Source: Dictyostelium discoideum (taxonomy: Eukaryota). Taken from it: DNA of 64,000 nt. The notes beneath the pieces were generated by a model. The model worked only from the letters and a program-made list of their open reading frames with translations. It was not told where the DNA came from and ran no database searches. Where the stretch lies: contig CM000151.3 of assembly GCA_000004695.1 (NCBI GenBank), forward strand, positions 3,872,001-3,936,000. Reading direction: 5' to 3'. Shown in pieces: positions 49,899 to 63,978 of this stretch. Position 1 is the first letter of the stretch, and each line of letters opens with the position of its first letter. A program made the position numbers and the translations under genes.

Positions 49899-50004
49899 GT
49901 AAGTTTTTTTTTTTAAAAATTAATTTTAAATCCAATTTTTTTTAATGATCCAATAATTTTTTACTAATAATGTTTTTTTTATTTTTATTATTAAAAATTT
50001 TTAG

Positions 50005-50142
50005 AATCAACATAGACCAGTTGATTCTCCAGTTAGAACAATCAATAGAATCGATAAAGAAATTGCATCAAAATTAAAGAAAACAACATATAAAGGTTCA
50101 CCTCGTGCTCACAATATTAGTGTTGAAGGTCGTCGTATGTTC

Positions 50143-50148
<6 letters not shown>
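50005..50148 (+). CDS. iws1: IWS1 exon 2 (NQHRPVDSPVRTINRIDKEIASKLKKTTYKGSPRAHNISVEGRRMFS*)
   Basis: acceptor tttAG at 50003-04; PRAHNISVEGRRM resembles human IWS1 C-terminus SAHAVKISIEGNKMPL; stop TAA at 50146-48. Confidence 0.75.
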
Positions 50149-50181
<33 letters not shown>

Positions 50182-50419
50182 TTTCACCTCTTTCCTCACA
50201 ATATTGTAATTCTTGTACAAAAGTAATAAAAAAAAAAAAATAATGATAATAATAAAGTTTTTTAATAAAAAAAAAAAATAAAAAAAAATAAAAAAAAAAA
50301 TATAAAATAATCTTTTTATTGTTATTATTTCTATCTTTATTTTGGTTTTATATATACATCTTTATAAAAAAAAAAAAAAAATAATAATTTAAACTTAAAT
50401 AAAATTTATATATTTATAA

Positions 50420-51030
50420 TTAATCATCATCAATTACAATTGGATCAGTTGCACTATTATTTCTTGAATTATTATTATTATTAATATTATTAATATTATT
50501 AATATTAGTGTTATTGTTGTCACTATTTTTCTTATTCTTTTTTGCATTCTTTAAAAATTCATTTCTATAGTAAACAGAGCTATGAAGTATATTTTTACGT
50601 TTATTTGAATGAACTTTACCACATTCACATTCATCATCATCATCTTCATCCTCATCATCATCCTCCTCATCCTCACCTGCATTAATTCCTGCTCTTGAAT
50701 AAAAGCTGTATATCTCAGAGTCTCCAGAATCCTCTTCTTCCTCTTCTTCTTCATCTTCTTCCTCCCCCTCCTCTTCTTCAATAGGACTACTTCGAAATTC
50801 ATCAGAGTCTCCAGAATCCTCTTCTTCCTCTTCCTCTTCATCATAAGGAACAGATTCACTACCGAGATTTGTTGTAGTTGTTGTAGTTGTTGATGCTGCT
50901 GCTAATTGATCTAATGTAGTTGCTGATTGATCTAATGTCGTTGCTGATTGATCCAATGTCGTTAAAGTTGAGGGTGTCATAGTGGTTGCAACACTTGAAG
51001 TTGATACAGTTTGAGTTGGAATATCATTAC

Positions 51031-51121
<91 letters not shown>

Positions 51122-52810
51122 ATCATCAGAGTCAAGTAAATCTACAATCTCTATATTATTAGCAGTAGTGGTAGTTTTATCACCATCACCACCACCATCA
51201 GCATCATCCTTACCATCATCATCACTAAAATTTTCAGCAGATTCATTTTTATATTCCCAATGACCATCAGGAAAAATGGTAATAATTTCACAAGTTGAAG
51301 GTGCTTGTGATAAAAGTTTTTGAAAGAATGGATCTATTAATAATAAATTTGGAGGAGCAACAGCATGACAAATTGGACAATTCCAAAGCTGTTGTTGATT
51401 TGAATACTCTGTAAAACTACATAAATCAAAACATTGATTATGAGTGCACTTTTTAGATTTAGCAGGATATTCAATCCTTTTAAAACTTAAAGGACAACGA
51501 ACTGTTAAATCATAGGTTAACTCTTCCAAATCATCTTCATTTTTCTTTTGTCTCTTATCAGCCGATTGAGATTCCTCCATTTCCGACTTCATTTTAATTT
51601 CCTCAACCACCTGTTGCAGAGTTTGGTTCTTTAATAATTGTACAACCATGATACCACTTGTTCTATTCTGAATTTGTAAATTGACTCTATTATCAGATCT
51701 TTTCACCAAGTGGGTGATGTCAATTGGTTTTTGAATTACACATGGATTTGAAAATGATTTAGTTCTAATCTTTTTAAATTGCTCATTATTAATTGATTTA
51801 CCATTGACTGATAAATATATATCTGAACCGTAATGAATATCACTACCACTTTGTTTATTGTATAACCTAATTTGAATTGAGTAATCGTCTTTTAGAGGTG
51901 GTGGTGGTAATGATGGGTTTAATAATTTCTGTTGTGCTGCTTCAATGATTTTCCAAGTCTCTAAATCTAAACTAAATGAAACGGTTACAGTGGAAACGAA
52001 TGATGTTATCACCAATTTATCAAGTTCTTGAAAGAATGGTGATTGTTTTTCCTCAAAACTACTATCATTAAGTTGTAGTTTCTTTTGAACTGAAGGATTA
52101 TTATAATCAGAGCTTGATTTATTTTGCATTGTAAATATAAATCTAGTTATATTTTGCATTGTATCTTTATATTGTCTTGGTGGTTCTTGAACATTATCTG
52201 TAAAATTATTAATTCCACCATTTAATTTTTGAACTTGTAATTGAAAATTATTAGATGCTTGATTATGATGTTCTGAATTAATACTACCATTATAATTATA
52301 ATTATTATTATTATAATTATTATTATAATTATTATAATTATTATAATTATTATTATTATAATTATTATTGTTGTTATTATAATTGAAGTTATTATTACTA
52401 TTACTATTGTTATTACTACTATTATAGTTACTATTATTATTAGTGGTGGTGGTAGTAGTAGTACTATTATTATTGTTAGTAGAAATATTTGGATATATAG
52501 ATTCTAATTGTCTTTGAGCATTATGTATTCGCTCAATTTCTTGTAGTCTCTGTTGTAAATAAATTGCATTTGGTTTTAGAGCATATTGTGGTGTTGGGGG
52601 TGCTATTCTATTATTATTATGGTTATGATTATGATGAGAAGATGATGATGAAGATGAGGAGGATGAGGAGGATGAAGATGAGGAGGATGGACCAAAAGCT
52701 ATACTCTCTAATGAGCTTAATAATTGAGGTTTATTCCCTTGTAATCTTGTATTTGGTCTATAATGTCTAACAATCTTTAATATTGCTTTAATTTCATCAA
52801 CTTTTAATTT
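50420..52810 (-). CDS. PIAS/Siz-type SUMO E3 ligase, main exon: SAP domain, poly-N/S spacer, PINIT domain, SP-RING (MIZ) zinc finger, acidic/poly-N tail
   Basis: SAP: KLKVDEIKAILKIVRHYRPNTRLQGNKPQLLSSL; PINIT: ...LPPPPLKDDYSIQIRLYN...; SP-RING: VRCPLSFKRIEYPAKSKKCTHNQCFDLCSF....QQQLWNCPIC; the open frame runs without a start codon from 52159 up to a TAA just 5' of the SAP, so a 5' exon is needed; proposed acceptor ttaaAG at 52812-11. Confidence 0.7.
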
Positions 52811-52919
52811 CTTTAAATCAAATATTTTACTATTTTTTTAATTTGTTTATGTTTGTTAATATATATTAATTTTTATAGAGTCTCCAAAATAATTAAATAA
52901 ATAAATAAATAAATAAATC

Positions 52920-53015
52920 GAAAACTTACGATACAAAATAATTATTAAAAGTATTTTGGTCCCTAGAAAATACGCCTTCAACAATTTCTTTTTGTTCAAC
53001 CGTTGAAAAGCGATG
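52920..53015 (-). CDS. Putative PIAS exon 1 (MVSHRFSTVEQKEIVEGVFSRDQNTFNNYFVS)
   Basis: nearest upstream in-phase ATG (53015) with consensus donor TCC|GTAAGT at 52919; not conserved, inferred. Confidence 0.35.
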
Positions 53016-53098
53016 GCTTACCATTTTAAATATGTCTTTTTTTTTTTTTTTCTATATTTTTTGTTTTTATAAAATTTATGAAAAAATAAAAATAAAAA

Positions 53099-53143
<45 letters not shown>

Positions 53144-53212
53144 TCTTTTAAGGAATTAATTAAAAAAACACAAACTTTGGTTAATATAGTTCGGGGAAGA
53201 AATTTTTTGAGC

Positions 53213-53258
<46 letters not shown>

Positions 53259-53417
53259 CAAAAATAAATAAAATTTTTTTAAATAATTGGGGTAAAAATT
53301 ACAAGAAATTGTATTTTAAAACACAGTCATTTAACTTTCAATGTTGTTATTTTTATTTTTTTTATTTGACCATATTAAACAGTTGTTCTGGCTTTAAAAT
53401 TAACTAGGGTTAGATGT

Positions 53418-53527
<110 letters not shown>

Positions 53528-53968
53528 TAAATAATTAAATAAAATAAAAATATAATAAAGTTAATTATTTTTTTAAATCGAATTCTCAAATGGCGATTTT
53601 ATTTTTACACATAAAAAAAAAAAACTTATAAAAATAATAAATATTTTTATTTTTTTTATTTTTTCTAGGATTTTTATTTTATTTTATAAAAAAATATTTT
53701 TTATTATTCCTTTTTTTTTTTTCTTTTTTTTTTTTTTTAATTTTTTTTTTTTTTATTTATTATTTTTATTATTTTATTTTATTTTTTTTTATTATTTTTT
53801 TATTTGATTATTTTATTTTATTTTATTTTATTTTAATTTTGGATTTTATCCAAAAATAAAAATAAAAATCGGAAATTGATATAAATAATATTATTTATTA
53901 AAACTAATATATATATATATTTATATATATATATATTTATATATATTTTTTTGGGCAGAGAATTCGAT

Positions 53969-54190
53969 TTACCAATGTTCTCTTGTTAAACAATTATCAT
54001 TATTTTTTAAAGGTTCATTAAATAATTTTGCATTTGGATCATATCCATTTTTACTCTTTGCATCTGGTAAAATACTTTCACAAACTATTGATAAACAATC
54101 AAACATTTGTTCATTAAAAGTATCAGCTCCTTCCCATGGTTTCGATACATGATTCATATGAATAATCCATGCATCTGGTAAAACTACAAA
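53969..54190 (-). CDS. GT49/LARGE-like glycosyltransferase, exon 3 (FVVLPDAWIIHMNHVSKPWEGADTF...)
   Basis: acceptor tatAG at 54192-91; ORF 53969..54157 extended 5'; intron contains (TAA)n at 54241-54312. Confidence 0.7.
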   Translation of the reverse strand, partial: FVVLPDAWIIHMNHVSKPWEGADTFNEQMFDCLSIVCESILPDAKSKNGYDPNAKLFNEPLKNNDNCLTREHW

Positions 54191-54234
54191 CTATATATTT
54201 TTTTAATAATAATTAAAAAATAAAAAATAAAAAA

Positions 54235-54316
<82 letters not shown>

Positions 54317-54328
54317 TTAAAAACTTAC

Positions 54329-54965
54329 ATCAAAACCAGCAGCAGCCATACCAAAAGTATGAGAATTTTTATCAAAACCATAACCTTTTAAACGTTCATC
54401 ATAGTCATGAATTTGAGATCTATTATAAAGTAAAAAAGGTTCATAAATCCATTTATATTGAACTAAATAAGGTTCCGAAGATAAATACCATCTACTATAG
54501 TTTGTTGGACCATGACATTTTGGACAAACACCTGAATTAATCTCTTTAATTAAATCTTGTTTTATAAAATCCAATAAATCCTTTTTATTATCTGGAAAAT
54601 CAAATCTTGAAATTGAGCTTGAAAATGATGGTATTACAAATGCAATCTTATTATTATTATTTATATTACTATTATCACTATTTAAATAGTAACCACCACC
54701 ACCACCATCATCTTTATTATTATTATCATTATTATTATTATTAAAATTTATATTTTTACCAAGATTATTTTCACTACCATCTAAAACTTTTTTTAAATTT
54801 TTAACATATAATTTTTCACCATTTCTTTTCAGTTTTTCAATTGCTTTTAAATCACCTTCAAAATCATTTGGATCAATTTTTAAATCTTCTTGTTTCTTTT
54901 TAAAATTCTTTTCATTATCATTATTATTATTATTATTACCATTATCATTATCATTATTTTCGTTG

Positions 54966-55054
<89 letters not shown>

Positions 55055-55405
55055 TGATGTATCAAGTTTCTCTAAAGTTGAATGTAAATAATCATACATA
55101 CCCAATGGTGAAATGAAATCAACATCTAATAATAAACACCATTCGGTTCTAGCATTTCTTAATGCTAAATTTCTAAGATTATTAACTGGATATCTGGTTT
55201 TATTTGCAAATAGAAAATGTAAATCGACAAACTCTGTAACTGCAAAACTATTTCTAACCAATTTAAATACTTCATCAATATCCTTAAAACTCGTTATATA
55301 AACTGCTGCTGAAATTGGTGCTCTCCATTTATCTGCCATCATTGCTATTCTATCAAATCTATCAACTGTAAATTGTGTTATAATTGATATATCATATTTT
55401 TTTAA
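54329..55405 (-). CDS. GT49/LARGE-like glycosyltransferase (type II membrane protein), exon 2: catalytic domain with a 35-residue poly-Asn insert
   Basis: acceptor tacAG at 55407-06; ISAAVYI, YPVNNLRNLALRNARTEWCLLLDVDFI (DxD), AFVIPSF, YDERLKGYGFDKNSHTFGMAAAGFD are typical of the B4GAT1/LARGE C-domain (GT49) family; donor GAT|GTAAGT at 54328. Confidence 0.7.
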
Positions 55406-55492
55406 CTGTAATTTATAATAAACAAAATATTAGATACTAGATATTAGAAATATAAAGTTTGAATTTATAATTTATAATATACATATACATAC

Positions 55493-55744
55493 ATCACCAT
55501 TTGCTCTATAGGCAAATGTTTCAGTTTGAAATTTTGTATATAATGATTCTGTAAATGAAGAAGTTTTTGAAACTGGATGATTATTGTTATTATTGTTTGA
55601 TTTCTTTTCACCAAATGGTCCAAATACATATAAAAACAAAAATATTAATATAAATACAATTAATGTTTGATACGGTTTCTTTTTTATTCTTTCTGTTAAT
55701 CTAAATGTATTCCTTCTGGGATTGTTATTATAAAAATTTGACAT
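55493..55744 (-). CDS. GT49-like glycosyltransferase exon 1 (cytoplasmic tail + signal-anchor LIVFILIFLFLYVF + stem)
   Basis: ATG 55744; donor GAT|GTATGT at 55492. Confidence 0.7.
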
Positions 55745-55864
55745 TTTTCAAATAGAATATCTTGTTCTTCTTTTTATTTATTTTTTTTTTTTTTAAAAAA
55801 AAAAAAAGTTATTATTTAAATTACTGAACCACACAACCAACCACAAAACAACAAATGGTTTTCT

Positions 55865-55896
<32 letters not shown>

Positions 55897-56092
55897 AAGG
55901 GTTTGTGTTAATTTTATTTTTTTACTTTTTTTACTTTTTTTGTTTTTTTATTTTTTATTTTTTATTTTTTTTTAAGATTATGAGGGTTAGTTGTTTGTTA
56001 TATGAAACAATTATAATTTATGAATATAAGCGAAAAAAAAAAAAAAAAATGAAAATAAAAAAAAAAATCTAATTTTTTTTTTTTTCAAGCCT

Positions 56093-56124
<32 letters not shown>

Positions 56125-56471
56125 CAGTTAAAACGACAAAAATCTAATTTTATTTTTTTTTTTTTTTAATTTTTTTTCATTTTTTTTTTTTTGAAATTAA
56201 AATTGGATTAAATAGGAAATGTGAAATTAGTTTAAGAGTTTTTAACTTTAATACGATTTTTTATTTTTTTATTTTTTTTTGATTAATATAAAAGTGAAAG
56301 GGAAACTGGAATAATTTAAAATGTTTTTTTTTTTTTTTTTTTTTGGTTTAAACAATATGTGAATGTTAGGCTGAAATAATTTAAACTTTTATTTTATTTT
56401 GTTTTATTTTATTTATTTTTGTTGTTTAAACAACATAACTAAAAATTGAAACTTGCAATAATTTAAATTCT

Positions 56472-56528
<57 letters not shown>

Positions 56529-56530
56529 GT

Positions 56531-59500
56531 TTAAACAACATTAACTAAAAGTGAATGTGAAGCTGGAATAATTTGTTTAGTTTTAAAGATTTCACAAGAT
56601 ATTATAAATTTATAAGATTCTCTTTCAAAGAATATGACATCCAAAGAATGATTAAAAGTAGCACCGACTGGTAATTCTTGAATTGGTGTTGTTAATGAAC
56701 CAATATATCCTAATTTATTTGATACATCAACAATGTTACCATTATTCTTGTTATTACCATTATTGTTATTATTAGTTTGATCAATTATTGGTAAAATATG
56801 TAAAACTAAACCATTAATTGGAGTATTTGTTAAATTTGTAACTAAAACTTCAATTGTTTCAAAACCACCTTGTTCAATTGTTTTAACCAATTGTTTATTA
56901 TTTTTGAATTGAATTAAAACTTGATCCTTATTCAATTTATGAATTAATTTTGAGGTTAATACGATATTATCCAATAGGATTGAACCATTTGTATTATCGG
57001 ATGAATTCCATAACAATTTAATTTTACTTGTTAATAAATCCTTATAGTATTGAATTAAACATTTGACATACTCTTCATATTCAGTTAACTTCTTCTTTGG
57101 TTTAATATATTGTCCTTTAGCTTGTCTTAATGGTGGTAATTGATCAGGTAATGATTCTCTTTTCATTGGTACAATAATTGTAATTATACCATTTGGTGAT
57201 AAAATAAATTTAGATGATAAATTATTATTAATTTCCTTATTATTATCAACAATATTTGGTATACCTAATTCTAATTCTGAAGAGATTGTAAAAGTATGAG
57301 TTGAAGTACAATTTTTAATATCAAATAATAATAAACAATAATCATTATAAATATTTTCACAATCTTTTTCAATTAAATCTTGATCTTTTTCAACTTTAAA
57401 TAAACCATTATTTGATGTTGATCTATCGACTAAATAAGGTGATAATGATTTAATAATTTTTGAACTTGCATAAACTATATCAAAATTTATAACTTGTGGT
57501 CCATGTGTAATTGATAATGGTAATGGAATTGTAATTTTACGTTGATACTTTGTTGCTGTTGTCGTGGTGGTTGCTGTTAATGTTGATTGTGTATTACCTG
57601 TTACTGTTAATGTTTGAGTATTGGTATTTGTAGTGGTAGTGGTATTATTAAATTCTTCTTCTTCTTCTTCATTTTCACAATTTGAATAATAATCAATTAT
57701 GAATTGATTACCAATTAAGAATGGTTTTGAAAATGATTTAATTGGTAATTTAAAAGTTTCGCCAGGTAATAATGGTAATGAAGATTTGATGATATTTGAA
57801 TCCCATTGGAATGAAATAGTTTCATCATCAGAATCTGTGAAATATTGATTATTATCAGCCAATGTCTTCTTTTTCAATGCTTTATCAAATTCATTCAATG
57901 AGACTGAAATTGAATCGATTTGAGTTGTACCAATATTTTGGAATTCTAAATTGAAACTAAATGATTCACCAGCTAACAAATTCAACACCTTACCTAGAGT
58001 TGGTACATCTGCCTTTAGTATTGGTAATTTGGGTGTAGCTTTGATTTTATTAACAATTGGTAGTTCATTATTATTATTATTATCTCTTGAAAATGATGAT
58101 GTATTATTACTAGCGGTTGTTGTTGAATCAAATTCTAAAATATCAACTTTATAGGCATCACCAATTCTAACCAATTCATTATATTGACTAATTGAAATTG
58201 AATTACCATATGGATCAACTGGATGTTCTGATAATAAATTATAAGCACGTACAAATACACCTTTAATAATCAATGGACCAGATTCTAATGGTTTACCAGA
58301 GATAACAATATCCATTGAATCAGTTAATGATAGGATTTTAAATGATAATGGATATGATTCAAATGGTACACCTGCAGTACTTAATGTTAATGATTGAATG
58401 AAAATATCAAAACTGAATGGATTTGATAAGGTTACTACAACACTACACTCTTCACCTTGAGCCCAAACTACTTTTTTTCTATTTGAATTTGAATCACCAC
58501 CACTACCACCACCACCAATACCACCACCGCCAATACCACTACCATTACTAAAACCACCACCATAGGGTGAATAAATGAAAAAGTTATTTGAATTCTTTTC
58601 TCTTTGAGCAAATAATGATTGTTGTGAAGGTCTAACAATTGGTTCCAATTGATTTGGTAATTGAATTGGTGAAACCTTTACAATGAATGGTAAACCAAGT
58701 AAATTCATATGAACATTGGTATTGATACTTAATGATAATGCTTTACTATGATGTAGTAAATCCAATTGAAATTCCACTTGTTTCTGTTGAGCTATTTTTT
58801 TATATTGAGTTCTTAATAAATGGATTATATATTTACAAATATTCAATGAATCCATTAAATTGGTACTAACTGATATTAAATTATAAATTAAATATCTTTG
58901 AATAACTGACCAACCAAATTTTGGTTTCCTGTAGGATAATTCTGGTATATTATTTGTAAATCTTGATGATGTCGATGAAGACGATGATGATCTATTCGAA
59001 CTATTAGATTGAACCTGTTGTTGAATAGATTGATTGAATTGATTATATTGTGCTTGAAATCCAACATTAGTAGGTGATGAATTTTTACTATTATTACCAT
59101 TACTACCGCCACCGCCACCACCACCACCACCATTATTATTATTATTTCTACCAGAGGTAACAGAATTTGACTTTTTCATTTGATTCAATGTGAATGATAA
59201 ATGAGATTTTTTAGAACCACCTTCATCCAAGAATCTTGATGGTGAATTTGAGAAAAGATCCTCCAATTGATAATATTTCGATGCTATTATAAGTAAATGA
59301 TTAATCTTTTCCCAATTCTCTGGTCTTGTATTATAAAGGAATGCAGCTTCACGTAAATAAAATGCAAACTTTCTTCTAAATCCCATACTATAATATAATA
59401 ATGCAATTGAACATGATAATGTAATTCTATCAGTAAATGATAAATCCATACCAAAATCATAAGCATTGGTCAATAGCTCGGATGCTTCAATTCTTCTATC

Positions 59501-60765
59501 CATTGAAATATGATAATTTGCAAACTTTAACATAACATCAACTTCAAATTGTGGTACTTTTCTCTTATTATAACTAATTATTGCTTCAGATGCTAATTCT
59601 CTAATCTTTAAATCATCTGATTGAATTTGTAAATCTAAAATATTCATTGTACCATTCATACCATTAACTCCATTATTATTATTATTATTATTATTATTTA
59701 AATTATTATTTGTACTATTTGTATTATTTGAATTATTATTATTATTATTATTATTATTACTACTGCTATTTGTATTATTTGTATTATAATTACTACCACC
59801 ACTTGGTGTATTTACTATACCACTATTACTATTACCATAACTACCACTATTACTATTACTATTACTACCAGTTATTGAATTTGGACTATTAATTGGTCTA
59901 ACGGTTGAAGATTGAGCTTGAGTATTAAATTCTTGGTTTCTCTTTAAGAGAACTGCAGAGATATAACCTTCACAAGAACCAGCTAACCATTCCCAATCAT
60001 TATTACTTCTACAAGCATCTATTGAAAGATCATAATATTTAATAGCATCCAATGGTGAACCTGCCAATAAACAAAAATCACCTCTACATTTATTTAAACG
60101 ACCAAACTTTCTCTTTTTTGCTCTACCAATTTCATCCCAAAGTTTAATTGAATCCAATGGTGTAGTTATCAATGAATTATTATTACTATTTGATATAACA
60201 CTACTACCCAATACACCTGAATTCATAGCACCACCAATTGTTGAATTTCCAATTAAACTATTATTATTATTATTATTACCACCAATACTATTACTATTAA
60301 TAATTCCGCTACTATTATTATTAATATTATTATACTGATTTGATAATAATGTTGAAACTGTGCCATCATGTTCTAATGATAAATAAACCATTTTTTCAAA
60401 ATATTTTAAAATCATATGAGAGAAATCGATGAGTAATGTAGTTAGATAGAATATTAAATGCTTTCTATCACTATTATTTGGTATCATAATTAAATTTGCA
60501 CCTAAACCTAAATCTGGTTGATCATCCATTGGATCGAATGCACAACATAATGAGCTTACACATGATGGATATTGTGCAACTGCAATCTCGAATAATCTTT
60601 TCGTCTCTTGTAAATCTTTTGATTTCTTACAATCTACAACACCAATAACTCCAAATACTTTCTTATATGTTTGAAGATCCTCATACTCTGATCTTTGAAA
60701 TGAACCAATATCAACAAAATTTAATATCATACTACCATCAACCCATGATATTTTTTCAAATGGTG
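56531..60765 (-). CDS. trappc9: TRAPP complex subunit TRAPPC9/Trs120 homologue, exon 2 (with long N/S/G/T-rich low-complexity inserts)
   Basis: acceptor taaAG at 60767-66; FQRSEYEDLQTYKKVFGVIGVVDC..., CRGDFCLLAGSPLDAIKYYDLSIDACRSNNDWEWLAGSCEGYISAV matches TRAPPC9 VGDLCLQAG.LQD...HY..S.[23 protein letters not shown]. Confidence 0.75.
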
Positions 60766-60887
60766 CTTTAAAAAAAAATAAAAAAAATAAAAAAAATAAA
60801 ATAATAATAAAAACAATGTTAATATATATTGTATTTGTATTTGTATGTGATTTATTTATATATATTTATATATTTATATTTACTTAC

Positions 60888-61047
60888 ATAATTCATTTTG
60901 ACTTCTTGTAATACTACTTAATTCAATTATATTGATTGTTTTAATTAAACTTGTATATTCTTTATATTTTTCTGGTGAGATATCACCAATTGGAAGAATT
61001 AGAATTTTAATTGATCTATTCTCTGTGAATGTTAAATTCATTTCCAT
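60888..61047 (-). CDS. trappc9: TRAPPC9 exon 1 (MEMNLTFTENRSIKILILPIGDISPEKYKEYTSLIKTINIIELSSITRSQNEL)
   Basis: ATG 61047; donor T|GTAAGT at 60887; resembles TRAPPC9 N-terminus [23 protein letters not shown]. Confidence 0.65.
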
Positions 61048-61220
61048 TTTTTTTTTTATTTTTTTTTTTTTAAAAAAAAAATTAATTAATTAAATATTAA
61101 AAAAAAAAATAAAATAAAATAAAATAAAAAATTTTAAAAAATAAATAATAATGCCAAATTTGAAGGATTTTTTTTTTTTTCAATTTTTTTTAATTTTTTC
61201 AATTTTTTTTTTTTATTTTT

Positions 61221-61272
<52 letters not shown>

Positions 61273-61600
61273 GAATTGGAAATATTTTCTTTTTAATTCC
61301 AGTGTAGAGTTCAATTGATTGTTTGAAATTTCAAGTTATTACTTTTTTTAATAAAAATAAAATCATTAAACTTTTATACTAATATAGTTTCCATGAAAAT
61401 GGTAAAATATTGAAAGAAAGAAAATAATAAAAAAATAAAAAAAAAAATAAAAAAATATAAAAAAAAAGGCGGGGAATTTTTATTTTTAAATTTTTTTTTT
61501 TTTTTTTTTTTTCTCTTTTTATTTCGTCTCATTTTATTACATTATTAATTAATTATCTTTTTTTTAAAAAAAAAAAAAACAAAGAAAATAGAAAAAATCA

Positions 61601-63011
61601 ATGGATGTACAAATGTATATTAAAGATGAAGATCAAGAAATTATTTGTTTAAATAATGATATTAGTTTAATAGAAATTGATAATGATGATGACCAAGATG
61701 ATGAAATATTTATATCACCATTTGTTAAAGGTCAATCAATAATTCATAAAATATTACCAATTCATATAATGCAAATAATATTCTATTATACACTTACATT
61801 GGGTGAATTCAATTCAAATGAAGAAACTGTATTGAAAATATGGGATTCAAAAAACAATGATCGTTACTCATTAGAAGCTGTTTGTGTAACTTGGTGTTCA
61901 ATCATTAAAGCATCATGTAGGTCTTTAATTTTATCATTAAATAATTTAGAAGCAAATACATTCAGAATCACTCACTACACTTATTTAAAGAAATTAGAAA
62001 TTATAAATAATATAAATAATGATAGTGACTATAGTGATTTTGATGATAGTGATGATGATGATAGTGATGGTGATGACAATAGGAAAGATTATAGTAATGA
62101 TGATATTTATTATGACTATTTCGATCAAAAAAAGAATATGACATATAGACGTAGGAAAAGAGTGCTCAATGATAACTCTGACAAGATTGGCAAATGCTTG
62201 GCGACTATTATTAATTTATCATTGCCAAATTTGAGTACATTAAATTTATCAATGACAAATTTGAAGGAGAGACATGTGAAAGTAATCCAATCATCACTAT
62301 CATGTAATAGGAATATTAGAAAATTAGCATTTGATAGTTGTCCTATCGGTGACCAGGGTGTTGTATACCTATCAGATGTGTTGGAATCAAATCAATGCAT
62401 CCGTCAATTAGATCTACAGTCATGTGGCTCGGTTAACGGGTTGGAGTATTTGGGGAGGGCGTTGTCGAATAACCAGACGTTGGAGAAACTGATATGGTCC
62501 TACAACCAATCCAATTACACCAGTGTCATGTGTTTAAGCAATGGTTTGAGAAACCCCCACTCACAAATGAAATCGTTGATAATGAAAGGATGCGATATCG
62601 AGGGTTGGGGCGCACTGAGTTTGGCAGACACCTTGGCAATCAATAAATCATTGAAAGAGTTGGATCTGGGTTCAAACCAATTTGGTGATGCTGGTGCAAT
62701 CACATTGGCTTCCAAATTGAATTCACATCCATCTCTATCAATTTTAGATTTATCAAGTAATTTAATTTCAACTGAAGGTTTTGATAAAATCTTATTCTCA
62801 CTTGAATCAAATACAACCCTAACAAATTTAAATCTTTCAAGAAATCAATTAGATCTTTCAATACCATTAAACTACTTGACAAGTTCTTTAGCATTCAATA
62901 AAACTTTAACCTCTTTAAATTTATCTGAATGTAATTTACAAAATTCTCATTTTATTCAAATTTCAATTGCATTACAATCAAATAAAAAATTAAAAAAATT
63001 AAATTTATCAA
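61601..63011 (+). CDS. RNI-like leucine-rich-repeat protein (N-terminal F-box-like segment, acidic stretch, then ribonuclease-inhibitor-type LRRs), exon 1
   Basis: 28-residue LRRs of the form L..LDLS.N.IGD.G...L...L..N..L..L.L..N...; donor A|GTAAGT at 63012. Confidence 0.75.
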
Positions 63012-63017
63012 GTAAGT

Positions 63018-63069
<52 letters not shown>

Positions 63070-63135
63070 ATAATATAAAAAACTAATTAATTACTTATTT
63101 TTGAAAAAAAAAAAAAAAAGAAAATAATATATCAG

Positions 63136-63198
63136 ATATAAAACCATTTTTTACAATTATTCAATCAAATAAAACTTTAAAATCAATTTATCTTTCAA
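63136..63198 (+). CDS. LRR protein putative exon 2 (NIKPFFTIIQSNKTLKSIYLS)
   Basis: acceptor atcAG at 63134-35; donor A|GTAGGT at 63199; continues the LRR periodicity. Confidence 0.45.
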
Positions 63199-63265
63199 GT
63201 AGGTATTTTTTTAAAAATATTAAAAAAAAAAAAAAAAAAAAAAAAATTAATTATTAATTGTATAT

Positions 63266-63296
<31 letters not shown>

Positions 63297-63333
63297 TATT
63301 TTTTTATTTTTATTTTTTTATTTTTATTTTTAG

Positions 63334-63563
63334 AACATAAATTTAAATCAAATGACCTTTTTATTTTATTAAATTATATTTTTAAATTAAATGACACAGT
63401 TACACTGGAAAATGGAAATATTATAGATATTGATATTCCTTCAATCATCCATCAATTAGAATATATAGATTTGTCATTACCTCATGAACCATTAACAAAA
63501 AATATTAATCTACTTTTAAGAGAATTTAGAAAAGTTAATACTATCACAAAAATTAAAATATGA
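63334..63563 (+). CDS. LRR protein putative last exon (KHKFKSNDLFILLNYIFKLNDTVTLENGNIIDIDIPSIIHQLEYIDLSLPHEPL...)
   Basis: acceptor tttAG at 63332-33; ORF 63258..63563; phase-compatible with exon 2. Confidence 0.45.
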
Positions 63564-63584
63564 GATATGTATATATCTGGAAAA

Positions 63585-63616
<32 letters not shown>

Positions 63617-63945
63617 TTATTTGCAAATAAAATTAATATAATAATAAATAATAATAAAAAGTAATAATAAAAAAAAAAAAAAAAAGATTAATAGAATAAC
63701 AAAAAAAAAAAAAAAAAAAAAAAAAAAGTGCTAACAATGTTTAGTGTCAACATTGAAAAAGTTATAACAGTTTTGAATATTTTTACTTAACGGTTGAAAG
63801 GCATTTTAAATTTTTGCAAACACCAAATTTTTTTTAAAATAAATTCAAAAATTTTCAAATAAAAAAAAAAGGTTTTTTTTTAAAAAAAAAAAAAAATAAA
63901 AAAAAATAAAAAAAAAAGCAAAAAAAAATAAAAAAAAAAAAAAAG

Positions 63946-63978
<33 letters not shown>

